Below, one piece after another: positions 38,300 to 52,374 of a stretch of 64,000 nucleotides of DNA; positions within the stretch are counted from its first letter, which is position 1; each line of letters starts with the position of its first letter. The translations under genes were made by a program, and so were the position numbers. The notes below the pieces were generated by a model. That model saw only the letters and a program-made list of their open reading frames with translations. It searched no databases and was not told the origin of the DNA. Source of the stretch: Octopus sinensis (Eukaryota). The stretch spans positions 8,804,001 to 8,868,000 of the forward strand of contig NC_043004.1 of assembly GCF_006345805.1 (NCBI RefSeq), given 5' to 3'.

Positions 38300-38520
38300 C
38301 CCTTTCGTTACCAATCCGGCTGAAACCGCCTCTCGCTCTGTAGTACAAATATCTTGTTTTCATAAGTTTTGAATTAAAATCTTCCACCAAACCTTAATCA
38401 CAATTTATGTCCCTAACACTAGCTGAATGATAACTAAGTCATTTTACTAAATTCTGTTTTATATTTAAAATAATTACAAGAAACACAGACCATCTCAAAA
38501 TAAATACAGTAATGAAAGGG
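38300..38520. mobile_element. piggyBac-type MITE copy 3
   Basis: TTAA at 38296-38299, right flank TCAA. Left TIR CCCTTTCGTTAC. Confidence 0.88.
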
Positions 38521-39762
38521 TCAAAGCAAGATCTTGGGTATTATTGAAAAGAGGGAAAAAAATTTTTTTTAATTTCTGTATCTTTTAGTAAGGCAGGAAT
38601 CTTAGAAAATCCCCTTCTGTCTTTTCTTTGTATTGCTTCTTGCAAGTCTATAAACCCTGTGCCTAAATAACAAAATATTATTTACTTCCATCCTATCCCT
38701 TGTTTACTGCTTTGTCTCATAAACAGAATGATTGAGAATTTAATGAGTTTTACAACAACAACAACATTTACAACAAATATCAATGCACTGACAGTAACAA
38801 TAGTGAAAAGATCAAAAAAGGTAGAAGAGAAGGAATGGTAAGTAAGAAAAAAATATAATAGAAACTTTTGAAAACAACAGAAATAAAACAATTGGAACCA
38901 TAAAAAGAAGGAAAGAACAGATAAAAGAAAAATATGAGTTTCAAGGAGATTATTTGAGAAAAATATAAATAATCTGACATACACATTGGCACACATACAC
39001 ACACTCTGGCACACATGCAAGCATACACACACACACCACACACACACACACACACACAAACACACACCACACACACAATTTAAATTCTAAACCATGAAGA
39101 TAATCTAGACTTGGTAGAGCGAATAGAAATACACAGAATATCAATTATGGTAAGAATACGTTGTGGAAATTGAAATGAGAGATATATATGTCAGACTTTT
39201 GGTAATCCATGGGGCAAAGTTTGTATAAGATGAATATGAATGAGCTGCTGGACATTGGTCATCACGCACAAAGCGTGTCATTAGAAACAAAGTAAGCATC
39301 CAATTAAAAGACAATCAATGAAGACAACTCGTTACAGATTTTTTTTGTCAAAAGTAATATTTATTCACACCATTTTGAATTAACCACACATTATGTTGTA
39401 GCTTCAAGATTTCAGTGGTGTGTTTGTATATTTTCAGAATGACATTGTAGGGTAGGTGTGAGAGATTGGGTGTGGTCAGTTTTAAGATAAAACAGGTAAA
39501 ATATTTGGGCTGGATATAGCTGGATTAAATGCTAAAGAGTTAATGAACTTCAGCCTGAATTTGTTTATTTCTAGATAATCTGGTACCTTTTGGGGTTTGA
39601 GACATTCTGGCACAGCTGTTTTGGCACTGCCTATTTGGCACCACTGATTCAATGCTGACCTATTTGACATTTCAATGCTTCTCTCATTCTCCCTCCCTCA
39701 CTCTGCCCCTGTTTTATGTTTGTGAGCATTCTCTGCACACGAGATGAGGGGGAAAGTGTTTA

Positions 39763-40145
39763 TCATCATCATCATCATCATCATCGTTTAATGTCCACTT
39801 TCCATGCTAGCATGGGTTGGACAGTTCGACCGGGGTCTGGGAAGCCAGGAGCTGCACCAGGCTCCAGTCTGATCTGGCAGTGTTTCTACAGCTGGATGTC
39901 CTTCCTCCGTGAGTGTAGTGGGTGCTTTTTACGTGCCACCAGCACAGGTGCCAGGGGTGGCTGGCAAACGGCCACAATCGGTTGGTGCTTTTTACGTGCC
40001 ACCGGCACAGGTGCCAGGCGAGGCTGGCAATGGCCATGATTGGATTGGTGCTTTTTACATGCCACCGGCACAGAGGCCAGTTGAGGCGGCGCTGGCAACG
40101 GCCACGTTCGGATGGTTCTTTTACGTGCCACTGGCACTGGTATCA
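39763..40145 (-). mobile_element. Family B (RTE-tail) repeat with several internal modules
   Basis: Four ttttacgtgccac-type modules and a (CAT)n tail. Confidence 0.85.
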
Positions 40146-42537
40146 CAATTACAATTTATGTCAATTGTATTCAATTAATCAATTGTTATGTCTCTCTCTC
40201 TCTCTCTCTGTATAGTTCTGTGCACACACATGCATGTGTGTGTGTGTGCACGTTTGCCTCCAACGGTAACAAATACCAAAACAGACCGAATGCTCCAGTT
40301 AATTCTGCTAAATATTCTGCAGCCAGACAGCTGCATCAAATTGTCTCACTCCATATCTGCTGATGTGAACACAATGTGTGTAGTATTTAAAATATGGCCT
40401 GCACCGTGGCACATTCACTGTGGCACACTCCCTGTGAAGCATTCACTTTGTCAATTGTCAAATGCCAAACCCAAGTGTTTTGGCACTTCTCCGCTGCATT
40501 ACTCCTTCCAGTGGAATTGAGCAGCATCGATGCTAAACGATAGCAGCAACTCAGTGAAGCTGAGCTGGCAGAGAGATTGAGTGTTAAAGGGCATCGACTG
40601 AAGTGTGCAACAGCGGCAAGGGTTCAAGTATGGACAAAATCCCAGATTTTTATAATGAAACTACCACTATGACCCGGCAACTCCAGGTCTAGTGCTAGTC
40701 AAGCATATTTGGTCTTTCATGAAAATCCCGCTCTCTTGTCATTCACTTGGTCTAACTCGTTAATTATTCCCTGCATTTCTCAAATCAAAAGTGCGTGCAC
40801 GTTTGAAAGACAAAACACATGATAACGCGTCTTCGCAAACACAAAAGTGCACTGAGTCATACACTGTCTGCAAATGCGCACGTGCATTCAACGGTTGGGC
40901 ATAAGGGGGCGGTTTATCAAGTTTTTTAATGGCTTTCTGGGGTGACTGGAGAAATGTAAAGGTGTGCACAACTACCCTTGGACGGTTTTGAATGACCATA
41001 GAAAGTGCGAGCTGAAAAATTGTGGATTTGTATAAAGGACACACACACACACACAGGCATTTTGCCGTTTATATATATAGAGAGATATGAGAAGGAATTG
41101 TATTAAAAAAAATTGAAATATTTTGTGTTTTGTAGAAATATAACCAAATTATTGCAGACAAATTTTTAAAGAGGGCCACTGGTGTGGATGAGCCTTTTTG
41201 ATGCTGGGTCTTATAGTAGGGGACAAGAAGAACTAAGGCAAGTGTTGATAGGGGACGTAAAGGGTCTGCCAGCATGAAACAAGCTTTTGGTGAGGATGAT
41301 GGGTGTCGTTTAACTCCAGATCAACTCTGAGTTAATCCATAATCAAAGAATTTTGGTGGTGTCCTTCCCATCTTTTTTCTTTTTGCCTTTTCTGCATGCT
41401 TGTTACCTTTGATAACATTATAATACAGTTTGTCCTACCACATTTTTGAGAATAGTAGAACAGTATGTGATATGTGGGAGATTTAACTGTTGTTTCTAGC
41501 AGGTTGCGTTACCACATAAAGGGTCCCTCATTGGCTCAGATGAAGATAATAATGATGGTATGAAGATGATTATGTTAATCATCATCATCATCATCATCAC
41601 GATTTTAATGTCCACTTTTCTGTTCCATGGCTCAGACAGAATGTGTTGAGGCAGATTCTTCTATGACTGGATGCCTTTCCTGTTGCTAATCCTCACCTGT
41701 TTCCAATCAAGGTAATACTTCTCCAAGGATTGGGATGGACGTCTTTTTTTGTATGGAGGACTGTCAACAAACAACATCACTTGTATGATGATGATGATGA
41801 TACTCATTGATAACCTTCCCATGATGTCAAGACAAGGGGACACACATGCACGTGCGCACACACACACAGACACACACACATTCATGATGAGCTTCTTTCA
41901 GTTTCCAACAACCAAATCTATTCACAAGGTTCTGGTCGGCCCAAGGCAGTAGCAGAAATCATTTGCCTCAGGTGTCACACTGTGGGACTGAACCCAAAGC
42001 CATATGGTTGGGAAGCAAGCTTCTTAACCACACAGCATGGTAAATGTGATGATGATGATGATGATGATGATGGTGATTTACTGAGTTTAAAAAAGACTCA
42101 AAATCATTAAAATGCAAAAAAAAAAAGAGAAAGAAAGTGAAAAACAAAGGGTCTAAATTAATTATATCTTTGGTAAATGGAATATTGTCATTTGTCAGTT
42201 GACTAAAAGCCTTCTAATGAATAGTTTAAGTTTGGTTTAAAACTGGAATCGGATAACTGACATGAATAATAGGAGGAGAGAGAGAGAGCGGGAGGGAGAG
42301 ATGTAGTTCGCTTTAGAAATTGTATCAGATTCTGTTGAAGGTGGAGAGCTACAAAATAAATAAATAATGGAATAAATAACAAAAAAAAAAAAAACATGGA
42401 AATAACATCAACAAACAGAGAAAAGTGTGAAATAAAACTAAACAAACATAAATGATGCTACAAACAAAAAAAAAGAAAACAAAGAAGAAAAACAATATGA
42501 AAGAAAAAGAAAGGATGAAGAGAATGCCTGGAGAAAG

Positions 42538-42582
<45 letters not shown>

Positions 42583-42659
42583 GGAAAGAGGAGAGAGAGG
42601 CAGTGAGATCATAAACTCATATCTTAACAGCATCTATTTCTGTTTGTATCTCACTCTGT

Positions 42660-42952
42660 AGGTGTGTGTGTGTGTGTGCATATGATAGTGTGTGCATGCA
42701 TGCATGTATGTATGTATGTATATATATATATATATATATATGCATATATGTGTATGTGTATGTGTGTATGTATGTATATGTGTGTGTATATACATATGTA
42801 TATATATGTATATGTATGTTTATATGTATATATATATATGTATATGCATGTATATACATATGTACATATGTATATGCATATATATGTATATATATATATA
42901 TATTCATATATATGTATATACATATACACACACACATATATTTATATATATA

Positions 42953-42992
<40 letters not shown>
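42660..42992. repeat. (TG/TA)n compound microsatellite
   Basis: Read directly. Confidence 0.95.
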
Positions 42993-44234
42993 TAGCATGA
43001 GGTGTGTGTGTGCATGTAGATGTAAGTGAAGGGGTTTCTTTTCCTCCAATTGCTTGATAGTTCCCACCTGTTTCAAAAAAGGGTTTTCTGGGGTCGGATG
43101 AAGAGTGAGGGACACAGGATGAAGGTGACTGATATATTTCTTTTCATGAAATAACCCCTGCCCCACCCCCTATATACACATATCCCCCCTAAACCAACTC
43201 CTCTTTTGACATTGATCCCTACACACAGCATAAAATGCTTGTAGCTACATCATGTCGGTCCCCTAAGATTTTATTCACAAGGCCTTGGTCAACTGAAGAC
43301 CAAAGCTGGAACTACTTTGGACTAAAGAAATGTTGGAACTGGTCAGGTTGATTGCTTTCTCTGGTCCTCGAGGGCAAAAGGTTTGGATTAAGCAGAAGGT
43401 TTACGTTTAACCACAACCCTGAATTGGATTTTGCTGGTGCCATGTAAAACACACCTAGTCCACCCCTGCAAAGTGGTTGGTGTAAGGCAGGGCATTCATC
43501 CGTAAAGACCTTGCCAAAACAAGACAGTTGGCTCCTGGTGCAGTCTTCTGGCTCACCAGCTCCTGTCGACGCATCCAATCCATCCATGCCAGCAAGGAAA
43601 GCAGATATTAAATGACAACGATGATGATGATGATGATGCTAGTGGAAATGTGTTGAAGATATTAACAATCATCTCTGCATGTATTAACAACACCAGAATA
43701 CAAGCGACGACGGAATAACAACGAGGGCAGGAAGGATTAACCTAACTCTAACCACCACCACCACCACCACCACCACCATCACCACCACCGTTGTTACTTC
43801 CTCATCACATGACCCCTACCATTACAATTCAAACATCACCACCATCACCCAACATCACCACCACCACCACTAACATCAGTAAAACTTCTAGTATTACCAT
43901 CACTACCATCCCACTCATCACTAGTACCCACCATCTACTACTACTACTACAACACCATCAGCTATAACAGCAACAATATGTCCATGTCTGTGCATGTGTG
44001 TATGTATGTGTGTACATGTATTTGTGCATGTGTGTGAGTGCACACGTCCCCCACATGTTTCCTCACCATGGGAAGGTAATACTTAACCTTTAACCTTACA
44101 ATTTGTTTAAGGTTACACACAGTTTTCCTGAAAACAAATTTTACAAACTCCACCAAGACTGTTGCCACATGTTGACACCACCATCACCACTACCACCACC
44201 ACTGCTACTGCCACCCATTATCATCATCATTATC

Positions 44235-44510
44235 ATTATGCCAGCGCCACCTTGACTGGCTTCCGTGCCAGTGGCACATAAAAAGCACCAACTGATTGTG
44301 GCCGTTGCCAGCCACCCCTGGCACCTGTGCTGGTGGCACATAAAAAGCACCCACTGTACTCTCAGAGTGGTTGGCATTAGGAAGGGCTGTAGAAACACTG
44401 CCAGATCAGACTGGAGCATGGTGCAGCCTCCTGGCTTCCCAGAGCCCAGTTGAACCGTCCAACCCATGCTAGCATGGAAAACGGATGTTAAACGATGATG
44501 ATGATGATGA
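44235..44510 (+). mobile_element. Family B (RTE-tail) repeat
   Basis: Match to family B with a (GAT)n tail. Confidence 0.85.
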
Positions 44511-45586
44511 TGTCCCTTTCCCTGTTGGAATGAGTTGGGTGGTATGACACAATCCAAAGAGCCAGAGGACTGCGCATGATCTTCTGTCTGCTTTGGAATG
44601 GTTTCTATGGCTGGGTGCCCTTCTTGATGCTGATATTCCTGATTCAAAGTTGACCAAAATCTTGTGAAAGCAGATAGGTAGACAAGCATGATGGAAATAT
44701 ATCAGCTTTACTCTGCATCTGTTCCTTGATGGAATATTTCTTCATCCATTACTCTGCTGTCTTATATGACCTTTCCACTTCCAACTTGGTTCTTTGGTAC
44801 CTTTTGCTGAGTTTCTTCTACTGGAAAAATTTGGATCAAGTCTGAGGATAGAAAACCCCCTTTGGTCATGAATGACCATGGGATTGCACCTACAATGATC
44901 ACGAGATGACCATGGGATTGCACCGAGAAAGTTCCCTTCTGAAGCTCAAATATGGGCAAGGTTGTTTTATGGAAGAGCAGCAATCATCCATGCATACCAG
45001 CCTCCCCTCTACATACCACTGATGTTACATAAGAGAAAGGCCAAGGGGCTGACACAGCTTGGCACCAGTGATGTTACAACTTATTTCTACAGCTCAGGGA
45101 ACTGGAGCAACGTGAAATACTGTTGATACACTGAAATAAGAAGAGATAATCCCTATATTGCTGTCCATTAATAATATTACAACCACCCCCCATCAAAATT
45201 ACCATTGTCATACCAAGATCAGCCTCACTCCCCAGCATTACCCTCACCTTCTACTCCCATTCTCCCTACCTACCTACCTACCACCACCACCACCACCACC
45301 ACCACCACCATCATTATTGTCATCCTCATCATCATCAGCAGCAGCAGCAACAACTTAGCATTACCATATTGGTAATGCTAATCATCACTTTATTCTCTAA
45401 TCACTGTCATCATCATCATCATCATCATTTTAATACACTTTCATTATCATCACCATTATCATCATCATCATTATCTCCATCATTGTCATGATGATGATGA
45501 TGGTAATGAAGGTGATGGTGATGGTGTTGATGATAATGATGCTGATCACTGTCGTTGTTATCTCTGTGTTTTAAGTTGCAGTTGGA

Positions 45587-45628
<42 letters not shown>

Positions 45629-47759
45629 TTTGATATTACATGGATGTTGTTGTTGTGGTGGTCGTGGTAGTAGTGGTGATAGTGTTGTAACCATGGTAGT
45701 TGTTTGTTTTTCCTGTACTTCAACATGGCTGAGCAAGCTGCTGTAGTTTGTTTACAAACACCTCCCACCATCCTTCTCCCCTCTCTCTCTCTCTCTCTCC
45801 CTCTCTCTCTCTTGAGACCCACTTTGGGCAAAACACAACAAAACAACACGACACCCATACAGCATTAGTTGGGTACTAACCTCTCAGATTCTCAGACCTT
45901 TAAGGCAGTGTGTGTGTGTGTGTGTGTATTAGGGGTCAACAGGCTAAACCAGCTGGTCCCTTTTCTCTTACCTTGCTGTTTGTTTTACTACATTTCTGCT
46001 TTTCTCTTTGTCTTTTCTTTCCTTATTTCTTTCTCCTTTTTTCTTTCCTTGATAACCACCCCCCATCCCCCACGTTTCCTTCTTTTGTCAAAATTTCTTA
46101 TAGCATGCATCCACAAGTTTGAGTGTGGAGGAAACAATTTTATCCAACACATTCCACTGATCCTTATTTTGTAAACCCTTAGTCTTAAAGGATTTGAAAG
46201 GATTGAAATGAAATTCTGCTGGCATTATTGTCCATTACTCTATCAATTCTGTCGTACAAAATCACAAAATATAAGGGTACCACAAAACCCTTACTCTTGA
46301 TAGTCTCTCATCCTCTTAGAAATACCAGTAAAATCTCCCTCAGATATCACTCTATGATCTTAAAAAAGGAAGGACATGTTTGTGTCATCTTATTTTCACA
46401 CTCAGTCTCAAGGAAAAGAAGATGGAACTGTCATGTTTGGAACTCTTTGATCATAGAAAATAGGAGTAACCATTTTTATAGACATGTGGCATCTCCTAGC
46501 AGACAACACAAGGCCAATTATCATTTTGTTATAGTATTTGGTGGGGGTTAGATATTACTACAAGTTGAAATTAAAGAATCGGAACAAAATACTGAGAATA
46601 CACATGTTTATATTTGTTTTTATTGTTTTAAAGATTTCTGTTGCTTGATTTGCTAGAATTAGTAGTCAAACGTCCCTCATGACACTCCCTACCATTTTGA
46701 TGTTGTTGTATGTATATTTATATATTTCTAAACGTTCACTTTCTTTGGTCTGTGTTCGTCTCTCTCGTAGGGTTTTCAAAATATTATAACAGCCGCCCTC
46801 CCCTCCCCCACCGCAATTGCTTACCATCCTTACCATATCATATATCCCCTACCACCAACAAAAACCTTCACCACAGCAAGCATTTCAAAATAATCAATCT
46901 TTGCACCCCCACCCCACCCCCCATCGCTGCTCCTTACAAATACCAACCCCATGAAACGCTAGGCTAGGACTTTGTTTTTGCTTTTTCTTTTTCAAAATAT
47001 TATTGCTACCCTTATTGGTTCTATGTATTTACATCTTTAATACATCTTACTTCAGCAACGCCACCTACCTTGTTTCGATCACTTGTCTGTGTTCTTTTTT
47101 CTCTTCTTTTTTTTTTCTTTTTAAATTTTGTTCTTGAAATAACCATCTAACCCTCCCTGGCATCCTACCCTTCCCTCATGTTAGGCCCTAACACTTATAT
47201 TTTCTTGTTCTGCTGGGTTTTTTTTTTTTGTTTCTATCACTTACATCCACCTCATATTTTCCTGTTAAATAGCAGACTGTTGTTTATTTATTGAAGCCTG
47301 CTACAAGAGGGGGGGGAAAGTGGGGGAAAAGGATATGTCTTTACTACTTACAACTGGTACCTTGATGCTTTAATAGGGTGTATTTAGATTCCACATCCTC
47401 AGTCTCTGAATGGCACCCCCACCTCGCACACCATACAGATCCATTTCAATCTGAGATCCAATTCATTTGATGTCTTCATTACTTGGCAGCCTAGAAGAGA
47501 TGAGCTTTTCTTACTGCAAAAAACACAAAAAAAAACCCCCAAAAGTTTTTTTATTGGACTTTTCATGATTAGAAGATCAGGCACAGGCGTGGCCATGTGG
47601 TTAAGAGACTCACTTTGTGAAGTCATGATTCCCAGTTCAATTCCACTGCATGGCACTCTGGGCAAGTGTTTTCTTCTGTAGCCCTGGAGTTTGGATGATC
47701 AGTGCCTTGTGGGTTAATTGACTTGGCAGAAACTTTGTGGAAGTCTGTTGTGTGTATGT

Positions 47760-47812
<53 letters not shown>

Positions 47813-48926
47813 TAGCCCTCCTGCACCAATAGCACATAAAAAGCACCATCTGAATGTGGCCATTGCCAGTGCCACCTGACTGGCTACTGTGCTGGTGGCA
47901 CATAATAAACATCATTCAAGTGTGGGTCGATCCCAGTGCCGCTTAACTGGCTCTCATGCTGGTGGCATGTAAAAAGCACCCACTACACTCTCGGAGTGGC
48001 TGGCGTTAGGAAGGGCATCCAGCTGTTGAAACATTGCCAGATCAGATTGGAGCCTGGTGCTGCCTCCTGGCTTGCTAGTCCCCAGCCAAACTGTCCAACC
48101 CATGCCAGCATGGAAAGCAGGTGTTATACGATGATGATGATGATATATATATATATAGGTGTAGGCATGGCTGTGTGGTAAGAAACTTGCTTCCCTACCA
48201 CATGGTTCTGGGTTCAGTCCCATTGTGTGGCACCTTGAGCGAATGTCGTTTACTATAGTGGTGCTCAACTTCATAAATTTTTCATCAGTTTTGTACAGAG
48301 ATCACAACTTACAGCAGTCAGTTATACTCCCTTGGTGGACTTGGCCATTTCTAGATCCTAGATAGCACATTAGCTAATATATAAAGCAACCAGCATATAC
48401 TCTAAAGTGGTTGGCATTAGGAAAGGAATCCAGCTGAAGAGACCATGCCAAAGCTGACATTAGTGGTCAACACAGCCAGTGGCCTCTTTGACCCTGTCCA
48501 ACCCATGCCAGCATGGAAAATAGATGCCACATGCTGCTGCTGATGATTTGCGGTTAGCTGTAAAATCTACTTTAGTTATTAAAATCTCATATATTCTTTT
48601 CTACTCCAGGTCCAAGGCCTGAAATTTTGAGGGCGGGAGCCAGTTGATTAGATTGACTCCAGTATGCAACTGGTACCTAATTTATCGGCCCCGAAATGAT
48701 GAAAGGATAAGTTGACCTCGGCGGTGCATACATAGCAGTACATTGTGATTATATTGGTGATGATAGCAAATACGCTTAAAACCTCTGAAGTTAGTTATCT
48801 TTGCTTGCTAATGAAAAATGATATTCATTGCTGACAAAAATATTGTTTTTTTTTTCCTTTTTTTTATTGCATATTTGTGCTTAGTTCAGTGTTTTTAATG
48901 TTTAAAGCATTAAAAAAACTTTCATC

Positions 48927-49040
48927 TACATTATTGACATTATTTACATTTGACGGACATTTGTCCTCATCTTGTTTGTTGTTAACACAACATTTCAGCT
49001 GATATACCCTCCAGCCTTCATCAGGTGTCTTGGGGGAAAT
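48927..49040 (-). mobile_element. 3' module of SINE family E, inverted, head-to-head with the next copy
   Basis: Reverse complement of 49217-49326. Confidence 0.85.
48984..49029 (-). ncRNA. Near-canonical minimal type-I hammerhead motif
   Basis: GACAC-CTGATGA-A-GGCTG-GAGGGTATAT-CAGCT-GAAA-T-GTT-GTGTT. Helix I GACAC/GUGUU, helix II 5 bp, loopless helix III, triplet GUU. The T after GAAA is C in the other two copies. Confidence 0.7.
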
Positions 49041-49047
49041 ATGCCCA

Positions 49048-49133
49048 CAGGCATGTGGCGTAGTGGTTAAGAGCACGGGCTACTAACCCCAAGATTCTGA
49101 GTTCAATTCCAGTCAGTGACCTGAATAATAATG

Positions 49134-49169
<36 letters not shown>

Positions 49170-49326
49170 GTAATAATAACATCGAAAAATACCTCAGGAA
49201 TGAGAACCCAGGTTCGAAATTTCCCCAAGACACCTGATGAAGGCTGGAGAATATATCAGCTGAAACGTGTTAACAACAAACAAGACGAGGACAAATATCT
49301 GTCAAATGTAAATAATGTAAATAATG
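49048..49326 (+). mobile_element. SINE family E, full-length (tRNA-like head, (AAT)n, hammerhead-like module, (AAATAATGT)n tail)
   Basis: A-box TGGCGTAGTGG and B-box GAGTTCAATTCC. Hammerhead-like segment at 49229-49271 lacks the GTT cleavage triplet. Confidence 0.85.
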
Positions 49327-49854
49327 CCTCATCTCTCAAATATAGAACTGAATACTTTCATCTGTTTAATTATTATTTATCATATAAATGGCTGGTACCA
49401 TATAGAAAGCTCTCAGTGCACCCTGTAAAGTGATTGGCATTAGGAAGGGTGTCCAGCTGTAGAAACCATGCTAAAGTAGACAATCGAACCTGGTGCAGCT
49501 CTCCAACCTTGCCTACCTCCTGTCAAAGTGTCCAATCCATGCCAGCATGGAAGACAGATCTTAAATGATGATGATGGCATTTAAGAATTATTTCATTTTA
49601 AAACAAACATACAATTCTATGTATTTACTTGTTAATACTAAACGAGGGCAAAATGACTAAAGTTAGCATTTGTACTTGGTAATAAAAAGATGTTACTCAT
49701 CATTGCTCAACTGGTGTTCATTTAATTGGCCCCAGAAGGATGAAATGCAAAGTCAACCTTGGCAGGATTTGAACTGGGAATATAAAGAGCCGCAAGAAAT
49801 GCTGCTCTGCATTTCATCCAGCATGCCAAGGATTCAACCAGCTTGCTACCTTCC

Positions 49855-50070
<216 letters not shown>

Positions 50071-50907
50071 TTTTTTCCGAGGGAAGGGGTAAGTTGATTA
50101 CATCGACCCCAGTACTCAACTGGTACTGAAAGGCTGAGTTAACCTTGGTGCCATTTGATCTAAGAACATAAAGTCAGAAGAAATGCTGCGAAACATTTCT
50201 TCTGGAATGGTAATGATTCAATCAGCTTATTGCTTCCCATGACGATGATGATGATTGTTGCTTCTGAAATTTTCAGAAGGGGAATTGTAGATGAGATTGC
50301 CCCCACTATCTGACTGGTACTTTATTGTAGTGACCCTGGAGGGGAGAAAGATTGAGTTGACCTTGGTGGGATTTGAACTCAGAATGTAAAGAACCAGAAC
50401 AACAACTAACATGAGAATGATAACAGTTGTGAGAAAAGCTACAACAACAACAACAGCAGCATTGACTATTGCAAGAAGAAAAAGAACAAGAAAGAAAAGA
50501 AGAGAAATAAGAATGGAAACATGAATAATATCAGTAATTAGGCTGGGGACAACAACAACAACTGCAATAACAACAACACTGAAAACAACAGCAGTAATAA
50601 TACTGACAGTAACAACAACAACAACGGTTTAAAAAATAATGGATAATACCCTTAACAACAACAGTAATAAAACTGGCAACAACAATAACAGCAACAACAA
50701 CAATAAATCTAGCAACAGCCACACAAACAGTAACCAGATTAACAACAACAACAAATTAACTCCAATAACTGCACAAATACAACAACAACAACGAGAATAA
50801 ATAAATGATGAAAAAATAAAAAAAAAGATGAAGAGAGCAAGAAGACAGAATCCTGTCCAATGCTGCAAAGGTGACCTCCTCTTCATCATCCCAGGTCTTC
50901 ATTCATC

Positions 50908-51030
50908 AGAATCTCAACCAATCAGGAACGCTGTTTATAGCTGAAGGGAATGAGTGGCGCCATCTTTTGGCAAAACACAACCAGAATATTTAGTCTCTTA
51001 TGTAAGGATTCTGTAGAAAATGGCTGTAAA
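50908..51030. promoter_or_regulatory. Promoter-like motif cluster (CCAAT box and two YY1-like sites)
   Basis: AACCAATCAG, GGCGCCATCTT and AAAATGGCTG within about 120 nt. Motif match only. Confidence 0.25.
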
Positions 51031-51571
51031 ATAATTATAAGAAGCTCCAACCCTTCACCGACTCTCTCATGACTCAAGAGTCAGCAATGGTTAGACTTTT
51101 CTTCCTCTTTTCTTTTCTCTCTTTGTCCTTACTCACCTCTTCCTGCTACCCATGACTTGTGGTGGGCTTAAATGGCTGGGAAAAGGTTAATTTCCACGAA
51201 CAAGCCTTATTCCAGAAGATGATCTCCTCTTTGACCATTTATTTATTTTATTTATTCATTCATTTATTTAGGAAATCAAGTGTTTCCTCTCTGCATGTCT
51301 TCTTAACGACCTTCTTCCATTACCTATACTGCTACAATTACTGCCTCCTCCTCCTCCACTACTCTGTATGTATGTATATATATATATGTGTATATTCAAA
51401 GGGCAAGACCACTAGGTAGTCGGCCGTATGCTAGAAATAGATCACCAACGATCAAACTACAAAGAATGTTCTCTAGAGGAAAATTCAGCGGACACCAGAA
51501 CAATTAGGCGGGCAAGACAGATGAAAATTATATAAAAAACAGAATTACTCACAGACCGCAGTTTCGTCTAT

Positions 51572-51654
<83 letters not shown>

Positions 51655-51789
51655 GTGTGTGTGTGTGTAAATGTCAAATGATGAAAATGAGTGCTCAACA
51701 CTGCATTGGTGGATCAAATTGGTGGATCAAATTTATTTATTTGTGAATCATGGCTACCATTGGTTTCATGTTAAGAAAACAAAGAAAAA

Positions 51790-52002
51790 TATTCTTTTAT
51801 TTGTTTCAGTCATTTGGCTGCGGCCATGATGGAGCATGGCTTTTATGTAAAGCAAATCGACCCCAGGACTTATTCTTTGAATGCCTAGTACTTATTCTAT
51901 CGGTTCTCTTTTGATCAACCGCTAAGTTACAGGGACGTAAACACACCAGCATCGGTTGTCAAGCGATGTTGGGGTGAGATGGGAGACAAACACAGACACA
52001 CA

Positions 52003-52046
<44 letters not shown>

Positions 52047-52252
52047 CATACATGATGTATATATATATATATATATACATACATGATGGGCTTCTTTCAG
52101 TTTCTGTCTACCATATCCACTTACAAGGCTTTAGTTGGCTCAAGGCTATAGTAGAAGGCACTTGCTGAAGGTGCCATGCAGTGGGACTGAACCTGGAACC
52201 ATGTGGTTGGTAAGCAAGCTACTCCTGCTTGGTAAGCACAGCCACTCCTGTG
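51790..52252 (-). mobile_element. SINE family A, full-length
   Basis: Head, body, microsatellite and tail are all present in reverse orientation. Confidence 0.85.
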
Positions 52253-52374
52253 CCTATATCTTAATATCTTAACAATTTTTCAAGTTGATCACATGGAGGA
52301 ATGGTGTTCATCTCCATTTTGAATAAAAACACCTATATATGTGTGTGTGTGTGAGTGAATACCATTTGAATTAC

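Noticed and set aside
39900-40145. Regularly spaced short repeats resembling a CRISPR array
   Set aside because: They are internal modules of the RTE 3' UTR. The spacers are similar to each other and the context is eukaryotic.
40230-41040. CpG-richer, complex-looking segment as a nested exon or gene
   Set aside because: No recognisable peptide or splice pattern. Probably a DNA-transposon relic, but I could not define its ends.
49048-49120. tRNA-like heads of the SINEs as tRNA genes
   Set aside because: The acceptor stems do not close and each head continues into SINE body sequence.
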